Shown here one piece after another: positions 20,255 to 29,284 of a DNA stretch of 64,000 nt. The position numbers and the translations under genes are program-made. Under the pieces are notes generated by a model. The model ran no database searches. It was not told the origin of the DNA and saw only the letters and a list, made by a program, of their open reading frames with translations. This stretch comes from Terriglobia bacterium (GTDB taxonomy: Bacteria; Acidobacteriota; Terriglobia; Acidiferrales; UBA7541), in NCBI GenBank assembly GCA_963695545.1, contig OY968796.1:1856001-1920000 (forward strand), read 5' to 3'. The stretch's first letter is position 1. Every line of letters begins with the position of its first letter.

Positions 20255-21709
20255 CTATTCCGCTTCGGCGGCGTTTTCTCGTCTCCCGGAAGCGGTGAAG
20301 TACGATCCAGACGCAAGTCCGACTTTAAGTACCGGATCTTTTCGCGAGGATTCCGTAGCTTCCGGGGCGCTCGCGGGCCCGGGTGAAGTCCGATCATTTC
20401 TTGGTGAGGGAATCCCCGGCTCGGAAGTGTCGAGCCCCTCCTCGATATCTTGGCGAGACTTGAGGCTGAACGCGCCGCGCAAAGCTATGGGCGTCAATAA
20501 GGTAGTGAGTAGCACGACGGCGACCATAACGGCGACCTCGGACCTTCCGAAGATGCCGGTGTTGGCGCCCATCGCCGTGACAATCAACCCAACCTCTCCG
20601 CGCGACATCATGCCGCAACCAACGCGAAGACTGCGCACCCAGTCCATGCCAGACCCGAGAGCAGCGAGACCGCAGCCAATGAGCTTTCCGATAATTGCGA
20701 CGAACAAAATTAGAAGCATCAGCGTCCAATGTCCCGCAAGAGCGCGGTAGTCGCTGGAAAGGCCGATCGAAATGAAAAACAAGGGGATTAATAGTCCGTG
20801 CCCGATCGCATAAAAGCTGCGCTCCACATCCGCCTTGAATTGCGATCCGGCAAAGACGTAGCCCAACAAATATGCTCCGGTGATGCCTGCGACGCTGCCA
20901 AGCCATTCGGCGGATAGCGCATACACCAGCACCAGGGCCAACACGCAACTCGGGACCGCTTCCGTAGCCGTCAATTTTCGCAACTGGATAATTAGCGGGT
21001 CGAGCCAACGTGTCGCCGCCACGTAGCCGATGACGAAAAAGACTACGACGCTCACGCTGATCATCGCCATTTGCACGATCAGCGGGTGAGCGGCCGCCGG
21101 TGCCAACGTCTGCTGCAGCCAACGGCTGGCCATCGGGGCCGCGCCGAACGCCTCTCCCTTGCCCGGCACCGTCGACGCCGCAAGGAAAGCGAGCACGAAC
21201 AGACCCATCACATCGTCGATCACCGCAGCGCCCAGGATCACGGTTGCTTCCTGGGAAGCCATTCGGCCGGCGTCCATCAATGTTCGCGCGGAAATGGATA
21301 CGCTGGTCGCGGTAAGCGCTCCGCCCAGGAAGCACGCGGTCGTCCACGACAGTCCGAGCATGTGAGCCACTGCCGCGCCGAGCAGAAATGGCCAAATCAC
21401 TCCGGACAGTGCGACGACGAAAGCCGTGACGCTCGCTTCGCGCATGCGGTCGATGTCGGTCTCGATGCCCGCTATGAACATCAGCACCAATCCACCGATT
21501 TGCGCGAGGATGAAGAGCGCCCCGGTCGCCTGCCCGCCAGCAAACAGATGCATATGCAATAGGTTGAGCAGGCCGGGGCCGAACAAAACTCCTACGGAGA
21601 GCTCTCCGATGATCGGCGGGATATTAAAATGCGAGCATAGCGAAGCGGCAATTTTGCTGGCCGGAAGAAGGATGGCCAGAAGTACGGCAAGCTGAAGGGC
21701 CGGTTGCAT
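20255..21709 (-). CDS. Cation:proton antiporter (CPA2, NapA/KefB-like)
   Basis: IIGELSVGVLFGP, LMFIAGIETD, ATSVSISAR, AAVIDDV, PLFFISIG, MMSRGEV motifs; start placed at MQPALQ. Confidence 0.9.
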   Translation of the reverse strand: MQPALQLAVLLAILLPASKIAASLCSHFNIPPIIGELSVGVLFGPGLLNLLHMHLFAGGQATGALFILAQIGGLVLMFIAGIETDIDRMREASVTAFVVALSGVIWPFLLGAAVAHMLGLSWTTACFLGGALTATSVSISARTLMDAGRMASQEATVILGAAVIDDVMGLFVLAFLAASTVPGKGEAFGAAPMASRWLQQTLAPAAAHPLIVQMAMISVSVVVFFVIGYVAATRWLDPLIIQLRKLTATEAVPSCVLALVLVYALSAEWLGSVAGITGAYLLGYVFAGSQFKADVERSFYAIGHGLLIPLFFISIGLSSDYRALAGHWTLMLLILFVAIIGKLIGCGLAALGSGMDWVRSLRVGCGMMSRGEVGLIVTAMGANTGIFGRSEVAVMVAVVLLTTLLTPIALRGAFSLKSRQDIEEGLDTSEPGIPSPRNDRTSPGPASAPEATESSRKDPVLKVGLASGSYFTASGRRENAAEAE

Positions 21710-21711
21710 TC

Positions 21712-22293
21712 TTAGCTGGCGTCCACCGCCGCCAAGCCCTCCGCCTTTCCTCGATTCCGCGTGAATAAGCGCCGCACGCGACTGAACGCCAGCCACGGCG
21801 TTCTATAACCATTGCGATCGACGCCCTCCCGCATCATCGTTCGAATCGTCGCGGCCTGGCGCCGCGCCGACTCTGCTTGCGCGAGATTCTGTGCCAGTCG
21901 AGCGGCCCGCTGGGTGTGGTCCTCGGCTTTGGTGATTACCCGCAAGCGCATCCACAGTTCGCCCATTTTCAAATGCGCGATGAAACTATTGGGGTCAAGC
22001 CTCACAGCATCGCCCAACTCCTCCATCGCATCCTGCACCTGCAGATTCACGCACAGCGCCATGCCAAACACGACGCGCAGTTCCGAAATCTTCGGATTTT
22101 GCGCCACGCATTCTCGTAAGGCTTTCACCAACTCAGCGCGCTCCTCTTTCGCGAGCACGTTGGGATCGGCGAACATTCGCAATAGAAATCCTTGTGCGCG
22201 AGCCGGCACCGAGGCCAGGGCCAAGGAGGGCTGTCTCGCGCTCAAGAAGCTTTCTGAGTTTTCGTCTCTGCGTATGATTTCGATTTCGCCCAT
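21712..22293 (-). CDS. TPR-like helical hypothetical protein
   Basis: LGDAVRLDPNSFIAHLKMGELW resembles a TPR repeat; start uncertain (22293 or 22371); stop abuts the antiporter start. Confidence 0.65.
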   Translation of the reverse strand: MGEIEIIRRDENSESFLSARQPSLALASVPARAQGFLLRMFADPNVLAKEERAELVKALRECVAQNPKISELRVVFGMALCVNLQVQDAMEELGDAVRLDPNSFIAHLKMGELWMRLRVITKAEDHTQRAARLAQNLAQAESARRQAATIRTMMREGVDRNGYRTPWLAFSRVRRLFTRNRGKAEGLAAVDAS

Positions 22294-22423
22294 GATGTTT
22301 GTGTCCTTAAACCTCAGGTTCGTCTGCCACCTTCGTGAAGCGATTGCCGAACGCCACGTCCCAGCAAGCAAGACGCGTGGCCGAGGCGCGTCTTGCCGCT
22401 AGGCGTGTACTGCAACTCGTTGA

Positions 22424-24094
22424 TCAAGACACCGCGTATTCCTTTTCTGCCTTGATCATCCAATCCGGTTCCGGGTTCAGAGCAAACTCGGGATATCCAA
22501 GTTGGCCCATTTCCGGAATGTCCAGACCGGCTATCTCTGTCTCGATCGAAACTCGCTGTCCGATCACGAATTCCAGAGCGAGGTTGACGAGGAAACTGAA
22601 GGTGAAGACGAATCCGATGAGCGTCGAAATGCCCACAAGCTGTGCGGCAAGCTGGCTGGCATCGCCGTAGAATAGTCCGGTGACCGAACCGGTGACTCCG
22701 TTCCACGCTCCGCCGTAGTTGCTTGTGCCGTCGGCAAGAAGCCCGACGGAAAGCACGCCCCACAGACCGCAGGTCCCGTGCACCGAGATCGCACCGACTG
22801 GATCGTCGACCTTCATGACGTTCTCGATGAAGGAGCAACTCAAGACGACCAAAACGCCAGCCACGAGGCCGATGATGCAGGCCCCGACGGTGCTCACGAA
22901 ACCGCTGGGCGCGGTAATCGCAACGAGGCCCGCGAGGAGCCCGTTGCCGCTCATTGAGTAGTCCACCTTGCCGTTCTTCATCCACATGAACAGCATGGCG
23001 CCGAATGTGCCGGTGCAACCGGCAAGCATCGTGTCCACCGCGATCGTGCCGATCCGCAGATTTCCTGCGGCGGACGCACCCAATGTGCTGCCGGGATTGA
23101 ATCCGAACCAGCCGAACGCCAGGATGAAGCAGCCGATCAGCACGGCCGAGACGTCGTGGCCGATGATCGGGTTGCCCGAACCATCGCGGTTAAATTTTCC
23201 GATGCGCGGTCCGACGATGATGCTGACAGCGAGCGCCGTAATTCCCCCCACGGCGTGCACCACACCGGAGCCGGCAAAGTCACAGTAGCCCTTGCCCAGT
23301 TGGTTGTTGACGCCGAGTTGGGAGAGCCAGCCGCCGCCCCAAGCCCAGTTGCCATAGATTGGATAAGTGAGTGCGCCCATGATCGAAGAAGACACGCAGA
23401 ACGCCAGAAACTTCCAACGCTCGGCGCATGCTCCGGTCACGATGGTCAGCGCAGTGTCCATGAACACCATCTCGAACAGGAAAATCACCATCACCCCGAC
23501 GTCGTACGTGTGGCCGGAGAGAAGGTGGCCGGTCCATCCGAAGAGGCCCCACGTCTTGCCGAAGAGAGAGAATGTGTGCTCGGCAGAGAGCGACTGAAGT
23601 CCTCCGAGGTTACCGTTGCCCGCGGCTCCGCCCATTTGTATGGCGAAGCCCATTAACCAGTAGGAGAACAGACCGCACGCGTACACCATGAAATTCATCA
23701 TGTACGTATGATTTGCGTTCTTCACGCGGGTTAAGCCCGATTCCACCATCGCGAAACCCGCCTGCATGAACATGACCAGGAAGCCGGTGACGAGCGTCCA
23801 GACGAAGTTGATCGCGATCTTGTTTTGTCCGACTTGGTTGGCCACATCCGGAAGCGTGAGCCCGGTGGTGGGATTGGAAACCGGTACATCGTTGATTGTT
23901 CCGGTGATCGTCCCGCCTGGATCGCCCTTCGCCAAGTCCGCCACGGTAGGAGCTTTGGCTGCCCCCGCCGCCAGTTCAGCGGTTGAGGCGGACGTAGGCG
24001 CCGCAGCTGGAGCCGGCGTCTGCGCACGTAGCGCGATCCCCGCAGCGAGCGTGATGATTGCGAGGCCGAAAAAAAGGTTCCGCATTTTTTTCAT
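22424..24094 (-). CDS. amt: Ammonium transporter (Amt family) with signal peptide and extended N-terminus
   Basis: MQAGFAMVESG, GACAER, DFAGSGVVH, GWFGFNPGS, DDPVGAISVHG (both pore His retained), GLD tail. Confidence 0.96.
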   Translation of the reverse strand: MKKMRNLFFGLAIITLAAGIALRAQTPAPAAAPTSASTAELAAGAAKAPTVADLAKGDPGGTITGTINDVPVSNPTTGLTLPDVANQVGQNKIAINFVWTLVTGFLVMFMQAGFAMVESGLTRVKNANHTYMMNFMVYACGLFSYWLMGFAIQMGGAAGNGNLGGLQSLSAEHTFSLFGKTWGLFGWTGHLLSGHTYDVGVMVIFLFEMVFMDTALTIVTGACAERWKFLAFCVSSSIMGALTYPIYGNWAWGGGWLSQLGVNNQLGKGYCDFAGSGVVHAVGGITALAVSIIVGPRIGKFNRDGSGNPIIGHDVSAVLIGCFILAFGWFGFNPGSTLGASAAGNLRIGTIAVDTMLAGCTGTFGAMLFMWMKNGKVDYSMSGNGLLAGLVAITAPSGFVSTVGACIIGLVAGVLVVLSCSFIENVMKVDDPVGAISVHGTCGLWGVLSVGLLADGTSNYGGAWNGVTGSVTGLFYGDASQLAAQLVGISTLIGFVFTFSFLVNLALEFVIGQRVSIETEIAGLDIPEMGQLGYPEFALNPEPDWMIKAEKEYAVS

Positions 24095-24144
24095 CTTTAT
24101 TCTTCGCTCCTAATCGTAAGATTGCCGGCGAGAGGCCGGCCCGT

Positions 24145-24537
24145 TCAGCTTTTCTTCCAAACCGCGTTCTTATTGAATGCCGCTGGCAAAACCACGATGA
24201 TCCCGAACAGACTCACGGCGATACCCACCAACGCAAGGGCAATTCGCCCGCCGGTGCTGGGAGTGAGGTGCATGCCGAAGAGCGTGATCACCCATCCCAG
24301 CGCTGCTACTGCGGCGCCGACCAATTTCATCGCGAGTGGGTTGGACTTGAGTGCGGTCTTGCCCTCCAGCGACTTGATACTCCACATTCCGAACAGGCTA
24401 CCGACCAACCCCGCCCCTCCGACGATCATGAGCACCGTGCCCGTTCCGCTGGGAGCGTAGTAGATGCCGGCACAAAGCACGGTCGCTGCCGCCAAGAACA
24501 ACGCGTAATAGTTTCCTTGCGATTTGTTCGCTGCCAT
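24145..24537 (-). CDS. Small 4-TM membrane protein of unknown function directly upstream of amt
   Basis: GAGGAGG RBS; four hydrophobic segments in 130 aa. Confidence 0.75.
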   Translation of the reverse strand: MAANKSQGNYYALFLAAATVLCAGIYYAPSGTGTVLMIVGGAGLVGSLFGMWSIKSLEGKTALKSNPLAMKLVGAAVAALGWVITLFGMHLTPSTGGRIALALVGIAVSLFGIIVVLPAAFNKNAVWKKS

Positions 24538-24772
24538 TAAACCTTTCCTCCTCGACCCGAAAGGGTCATTTGCGAAGTAGCAAGTCCCGTATAACTTTCA
24601 CGCTTTCCCGTGGTCCCATTGCGCCCTGGTCCAGCCAGAAGCGACACCGATACAGATTGGCCCTCGTTGTCAAAAAGCTACTTTCTTCACGGCTGGATCT
24701 TGTCGCGTCGCGCGCCCGACTGAATCCGCGTCTTCAGACCGCGGAGAATGGCGCAAACGCGTACCGGGTGTT

Positions 24773-25081
24773 TCATCTTGTCCTCGCCACTTCCGGTGCT
24801 TGCGCGCGTGTTGGCACCGCAAGAAACATCACGAACTCCATCGCGACGGTCATCTCGGCGACCATGGGAGCTCCTCTCTGCGCCCGTATTACGAGGAGGA
24901 GTGCGACCATCGAAAACCACTGCCAACGGGACCGGCGCAGCCGTTCCAGGCGCGCCGGCAGACGAAACAGATTCCCAAACTCCAGTTTTCCACCGTCAAC
25001 CGCGGGTACGCTCGTGCGCAGGCAGGCGACAGCAAAAAACCCCGCAAGTATTATCTCGACAAGAAAATTCTGGTAACCCAT
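24773..25081 (-). CDS. Small hypothetical membrane protein
   Basis: GAGGGGG RBS; hydrophobic segments; co-oriented with neighbours. Confidence 0.6.
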   Translation of the reverse strand: MGYQNFLVEIILAGFFAVACLRTSVPAVDGGKLEFGNLFRLPARLERLRRSRWQWFSMVALLLVIRAQRGAPMVAEMTVAMEFVMFLAVPTRAQAPEVARTR

Positions 25082-25111
25082 GAATCCCCCCTCGTGTTGG
25101 GCCTCGACGGA

Positions 25112-25606
25112 CTAGGCGTGGCTTGAAATCCCCAGAGCCACTTCTTCTCCCATCGAGTCCTCGGCCGGCATGCTCACCAAAATCTCTTCCTCAAGCGAAA
25201 ATCGCAGACCAAAAAGTTTGGCCCGCATCGGCAGTGAACGTATTCTGGAAGCCACCTGATCGTGTCTCTTGATCGTGCCCGCGATGATGAGTTCCAGTGG
25301 CGCGCCCGCCGTGTATCGGAAGACCCGAACGCACGCCATGTGAAGATCTGCGAAGGCCCAGAACATGAACTCACGCACCCGCAGTGCGTCTCGCAGAGCT
25401 TGCGCGGAGGAATTGCGCTGCCCCACGCTCGGCGCCAACTCCGCGTCCCACTGATCGGCTGGCCGCGCAACCCAGTCGCATTCGGCGTAATCGCCGCGCA
25501 GTTCTATCCGCAGTAGCCTCAGGGGAGCGCGGGAAAGGTCGCCGTATTGGGCGCGCATCCTGAATTTACGGGCAAAATCGCCAACTTCACTCAAGCGCCT
25601 GATCAT
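25112..25606 (-). CDS. Hypothetical cytoplasmic protein (about 164 aa)
   Basis: GGGAGGG RBS before MIRRLSEV; the ORF-track extension to 25927 is low-complexity and probably leader. Confidence 0.6.
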   Translation of the reverse strand: MIRRLSEVGDFARKFRMRAQYGDLSRAPLRLLRIELRGDYAECDWVARPADQWDAELAPSVGQRNSSAQALRDALRVREFMFWAFADLHMACVRVFRYTAGAPLELIIAGTIKRHDQVASRIRSLPMRAKLFGLRFSLEEEILVSMPAEDSMGEEVALGISSHA

Positions 25607-25964
25607 CGCTCCCTCCCTTCTGTTGCCCGCGTCCGAGATCCGGTCACCCTCAGCCGTTGCGCCGCCGCTCGTTCTCTCAGACGGCGGCAATTGTGCGTAC
25701 CGCGGTCGAGCGGCCAAGACTCGCTCGTGGCTCGCAATCGGGCGAGTAGATCGGTCCCCGCGCTCCGAGGGTCGCAGCGCGGCGCTCTGGCGGGCCCTGG
25801 GAGAGATATTCAAAAACTTTCTTTCCGTTTCTTGACTCAACGCTTTTCTCCGCGCGACTACTTTTTCCCACTCTGGAGGCAATGAGCCTACCGCCGAGGC
25901 GCAAACAACACGCCCCGCCCGTGCCACGGACGGTGTATGAAGACACGTCCGCGAAATTCGTTTT

Positions 25965-26081
25965 AGCTCGGCGTCGAGCCTAATTTAGCGATTGGTTCGG
26001 ACACGGCGTCGTGTCCGCGACAACTGAGAAGGGATTCCTCATCTCGGCAACGAGCGAGGAACTGAAGGCATCTTCGCCTTC
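25965..26081 (-). promoter_or_regulatory. Putative ANTAR-target RNA: four tandem hexaloop hairpins in a 5' leader
   Basis: Minus strand: GAAGGC-GAAGAU-GCCUUC (26081-26064); CUC-GUUGCC-GAG within UUCCUC/GAGGAA (26061-26035); CGGACAC-GACGCC-GUGUCCG (26017-25998); GGCUC-GACGCC-GAGCU (25980-25965). All are C-G closed with G at loop positions 1 and 4; adjacent to an ANTAR gene. Confidence 0.7.
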
Positions 26082-26087
26082 GTGCGG

Positions 26088-26116
26088 AGATTGCAATGTT
26101 TCAGAAGAAGAGTCAA
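26088..26116 (-). promoter_or_regulatory. Candidate sigma70 promoter for the hairpin leader
   Basis: TTGACT-N17-CAATCT on the minus strand; predicted start near 26081 coincides with hairpin 1. Confidence 0.45.
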
Positions 26117-26146
26117 ATGCAAACTTTGAATCAAGTCAATCGAATC

Positions 26147-27157
26147 CTATGACACTCCAGCAGAGGCCGTTCGCTTCCTGGATGCTGCGGAAATCGGAGC
26201 GGGAGTGCGCTTCAGGTCGTCGCTCAAAATGATTGCTTCGGCGATCTCTCTCATCGACTTTCGCCTTTCCTGGCTTTCGCGCTGAATAGTCCGGTAGGCG
26301 GAGTCTTCGGAAATTTTCAGTTCAGATTGCAATATGCCTTTCGCGCGTTCGATCAGCGTCCGCATTTCCAATTTCTTTAGAAGCAGAGAGTTCTCGTTTT
26401 CTAGCCGGACTCTTTCGATTTCGGAGCCCACCAGTACGCCAAGCGTCGCGATCAGGGTGATTTGGCGCTCGCTATATTGATGTTGTTTCCGATTCTGTAC
26501 GTTTACGACGCCGATCAACTTGCCGCCACTGACCACCGGGACGGACAGAAACGCTTCGAACCGATCCTCGGGCAATTCATTGAATAGCTTGAAGCGCCGG
26601 TCCTCGTAGGCGCGCTGCGCGACGACCACGGGTTCCCGATTCACGGCGACCCAACCGGTGATTCCTTGTCCCATTTTCATTGCCAAGCGGTCTACAACTT
26701 CGGGATGTGGATTCTTGGACGCTCGCAGGACGAGCTCGTCTTTTTCGAGCACGTAGAGCATGCACGAATCGCACTGCACGGCGGCGGTCACGAACTTCAC
26801 GACTTCTTCGAGGACCTCATGCATTGGAGCGGCCGCGGACAAGCGAACGGCGAGTCGATTCAGGAGAACAAAATCGATGTCGCGATTCGTCGCGCCGTTG
26901 TGGTCTCGGCTTACCGGAACTAAAGTCGCCCGCTGCAAGAGAGCCACCAAGAGCCTCCTGTTCGTATACCTTCCACTTTGAAGCGACAGCCATGTCCGCG
27001 CGATCACGGTGGAAATGTCTGCGTTAAAGGTCGATTTTATCCTGGCGCTTCGCGAGAGCATCGCCGTCTTTCGGGGCGCCCAGGCTATCTTTTGGCTAGG
27101 GTAGGTATCATCGGAGGGTCTTGCTGCGATAATACGGTCAGCCAGAATGCGGTCCAT
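26147..27157 (-). CDS. GAF-ANTAR RNA-binding regulator (true start probably downstream of 27157)
   Basis: GAF: GQGITGWVA..REPV...FLSVPV..GKLIGVVNVQ; ANTAR: RTLIERAKGILQ..LKISEDSAYRTIQRESQERRKSMREIAEAII. Confidence 0.92.
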   Translation of the reverse strand: MDRILADRIIAARPSDDTYPSQKIAWAPRKTAMLSRSARIKSTFNADISTVIARTWLSLQSGRYTNRRLLVALLQRATLVPVSRDHNGATNRDIDFVLLNRLAVRLSAAAPMHEVLEEVVKFVTAAVQCDSCMLYVLEKDELVLRASKNPHPEVVDRLAMKMGQGITGWVAVNREPVVVAQRAYEDRRFKLFNELPEDRFEAFLSVPVVSGGKLIGVVNVQNRKQHQYSERQITLIATLGVLVGSEIERVRLENENSLLLKKLEMRTLIERAKGILQSELKISEDSAYRTIQRESQERRKSMREIAEAIILSDDLKRTPAPISAASRKRTASAGVS

Positions 27158-27176
27158 GGGAGATTAATTCGCGCGT

Positions 27177-28568
27177 ATGGACGCCTACTCCATCTATTCC
27201 GAGACCAATCGGACTGCTCTGCTGGCGACGAGCTTAATTCTGATATTCGCGATCGCGGTGATCGATGTGGTCACTCCGAGTTTTCCGCTCGGGTATCTAT
27301 ACCTCCTTCCAATTCTTCTTGTCTCTGGATTCTTGGATCGCGAGTGGATTACCATTATCGTGATCCTCTGCGCTTTCTTGACGGCTGCTTTGAGCCGCTA
27401 TGAGTTCAAACAAGCGGTCGTCCTTTTCCTGATGGCCTTGACCGCTTTTGGTGGCACGGGCTTTTTCGTTTCCGAGGTCGTTCTAAATCGCCAAAAAGCG
27501 CTCGATTACATTCGGAAAATGGAAACCGAAATACGCTTGCGGCGGGAAACTGAAGACCAACTGCTCGGACTCGTTCAAAGTAGCCCGCTCGCGATCGTAA
27601 CCATCGGCGCGAACGGGGAAATACTCTTGGCCAACGACGCCGCCCAGAACTTGTTCGCTCCTGGAGACGCTCCGATTCCAGGCCAACCGATTGCGCAATT
27701 TCTGCCCGCCCTGCAGTCCGTGACGCAGCAATCCCGCTCGCATCTTTTTCGTACACGCATTCGGTGTCGGGGACAACGCAAAGGTGGCGAAATGTTCCTC
27801 GCCACGGTTTGGTTCTCCACCGCGCTGACCGCAGTCGGACTGATCGTTTTAGCGATTATTATCGATTTTTCCGAAGACGTCCAGGATCGGGAAGATCTGA
27901 GCCTCGAGCACCTCCTGAAGAATGCCAGAATCCTAGTGGGCGCGATCTCGCACGAAATCCGAAATTTATGCGGTGCCGCGTTGATCGTATTTAGAAACCT
28001 CTCTCGAGTCCCCGAACTGTCGCGCAATGAAGATTTCAATGCGCTCGGCGCATTGATTGGCGGACTCGAGAAATTATCGACGATGGAGTTGAAGCCGTCG
28101 TCGCTTCAAGACCTGGGTGCTGTCGAGCTGTTTTCGGTACTGGATGAATTCCGGGTTGTCGTCGAGCACGCTTGCCGGGAGTCCGGCATCAAAGTGATTT
28201 GGAACGTACAGGAGTCTCTGCCATTGGTGACCGGCGATCGGTACGGCATGCAGCAGGTTTTCCTAAACCTTGCGCGAAATAGCCAGCGCGCAATGGAAGC
28301 CACCGCTCGCAAAGAACTCGCGATCACCAGCGAGGTCAGTGCGGCGTCCGTCGTGCTCCGTTTTGAGGACACCGGCATCGGCGTGTCGGATACATCCCAG
28401 TTATTCCGGCCATTCAATGAACGAGGTACCACCGGCCTTGGCTTATATGTTTCACGCGCGATTCTCCGCAGCTTTCACGGCGACCTTCAGCACGAGGAGC
28501 GCACCGAAGGCTGTTCGTTTGCTGTTACGCTCGAAAGATTCGTTTCCTCGGAGGATGACGGCGCGTGA
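27177..28568 (+). CDS. Membrane sensor histidine kinase (about 4 TM + PAS + HisKA + HATPase)
   Basis: PAS SSPLAIVTI..NGEILLANDAAQNLF; H-box SHEIRN; N-box QVFLNLARN; DTGIG; LFRPF; GLGL. Confidence 0.9.
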   Translation: MDAYSIYSETNRTALLATSLILIFAIAVIDVVTPSFPLGYLYLLPILLVSGFLDREWITIIVILCAFLTAALSRYEFKQAVVLFLMALTAFGGTGFFVSEVVLNRQKALDYIRKMETEIRLRRETEDQLLGLVQSSPLAIVTIGANGEILLANDAAQNLFAPGDAPIPGQPIAQFLPALQSVTQQSRSHLFRTRIRCRGQRKGGEMFLATVWFSTALTAVGLIVLAIIIDFSEDVQDREDLSLEHLLKNARILVGAISHEIRNLCGAALIVFRNLSRVPELSRNEDFNALGALIGGLEKLSTMELKPSSLQDLGAVELFSVLDEFRVVVEHACRESGIKVIWNVQESLPLVTGDRYGMQQVFLNLARNSQRAMEATARKELAITSEVSAASVVLRFEDTGIGVSDTSQLFRPFNERGTTGLGLYVSRAILRSFHGDLQHEERTEGCSFAVTLERFVSSEDDGA

Positions 28569-29218
28569 CCACTCCTGCCGGCGATATTCGGATCTTGCTC
28601 GTCGACGATCACTCGCTGTTTCGAGAAAGCCTGGCGAGGTTGCTCCAAGCCGAGCCGGGTTTCGATCTTGCGGCACATTGCGGTTCCGGCGCGGAAGCCT
28701 TGCAAATTTTGAAGTCCCGCGTGATCGATCTCGTTTTGCTCGACGTCGATCTCGGTACAGAACGGGCTGCCCACGTCATCGATGACTTTCGCGCCATCGG
28801 CTATCCGGGAAAGATTCTGCTGGTCACCGCCGGGGTCGACGAGAGCGAAGTTCCGGACTTTATTCGCAAAGGAATCGCCGGCGTCTTTATGAAGCACAAT
28901 TCTCCGGCGCTCTTGATCCAGGGAATTCGCGAAACGATGCAAGGCAAAGTATGGTTTGAGCAGGACCTCCTGAAGAGGGCGTTTCAGGGGGCCGTCGCCG
29001 GCCGGACCGCCGCTGCTCCCGCCAAGCTCACCAAGCGGGAAAGGGAAGTCATGTCCTTTGTCTTCGAGGGCCTGGCCAACAAGCAGATCGCGGATCGAAT
29101 CCACGTTTCAGAAAGCGCGGTGAAAGCATGCCTTCAGCAATTGTTTGACAAGACCGGCGTGCGAACTCGAAGCCAATTGGTTCGAGTCGCGCTCGAACGA
29201 TATCGTGACGAGTTATAG
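28565..29218 (+). CDS. NarL/LuxR-family response regulator
   Basis: LVDDH...LLDVD receiver with conserved T and K; LTKREREV..GLANKQIA LuxR HTH; overlaps the kinase stop (GTGA). Confidence 0.93.
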   Translation: MTTPAGDIRILLVDDHSLFRESLARLLQAEPGFDLAAHCGSGAEALQILKSRVIDLVLLDVDLGTERAAHVIDDFRAIGYPGKILLVTAGVDESEVPDFIRKGIAGVFMKHNSPALLIQGIRETMQGKVWFEQDLLKRAFQGAVAGRTAAAPAKLTKREREVMSFVFEGLANKQIADRIHVSESAVKACLQQLFDKTGVRTRSQLVRVALERYRDEL

Positions 29219-29284
29219 CGCGTTCGAGGCTTGGCGCTTCGATCCGCCGGAATAAAAATACAGTCGCGGTTCTCGCGGCACGAC

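Noticed and set aside
24575..24600. sigma54 promoter upstream of the amt genes
   Set aside because: TTGCT (-12-like) is present but the invariant GG at -24 is absent (TTATACG)
25607..25927. N-terminal extension of the 25112 ORF; known Na+/Li+, glutamine or c-di-AMP riboswitch in this leader
   Set aside because: The extension is low-complexity and a strong RBS precedes 25606; I could not match any of those riboswitch consensus sequences by eye
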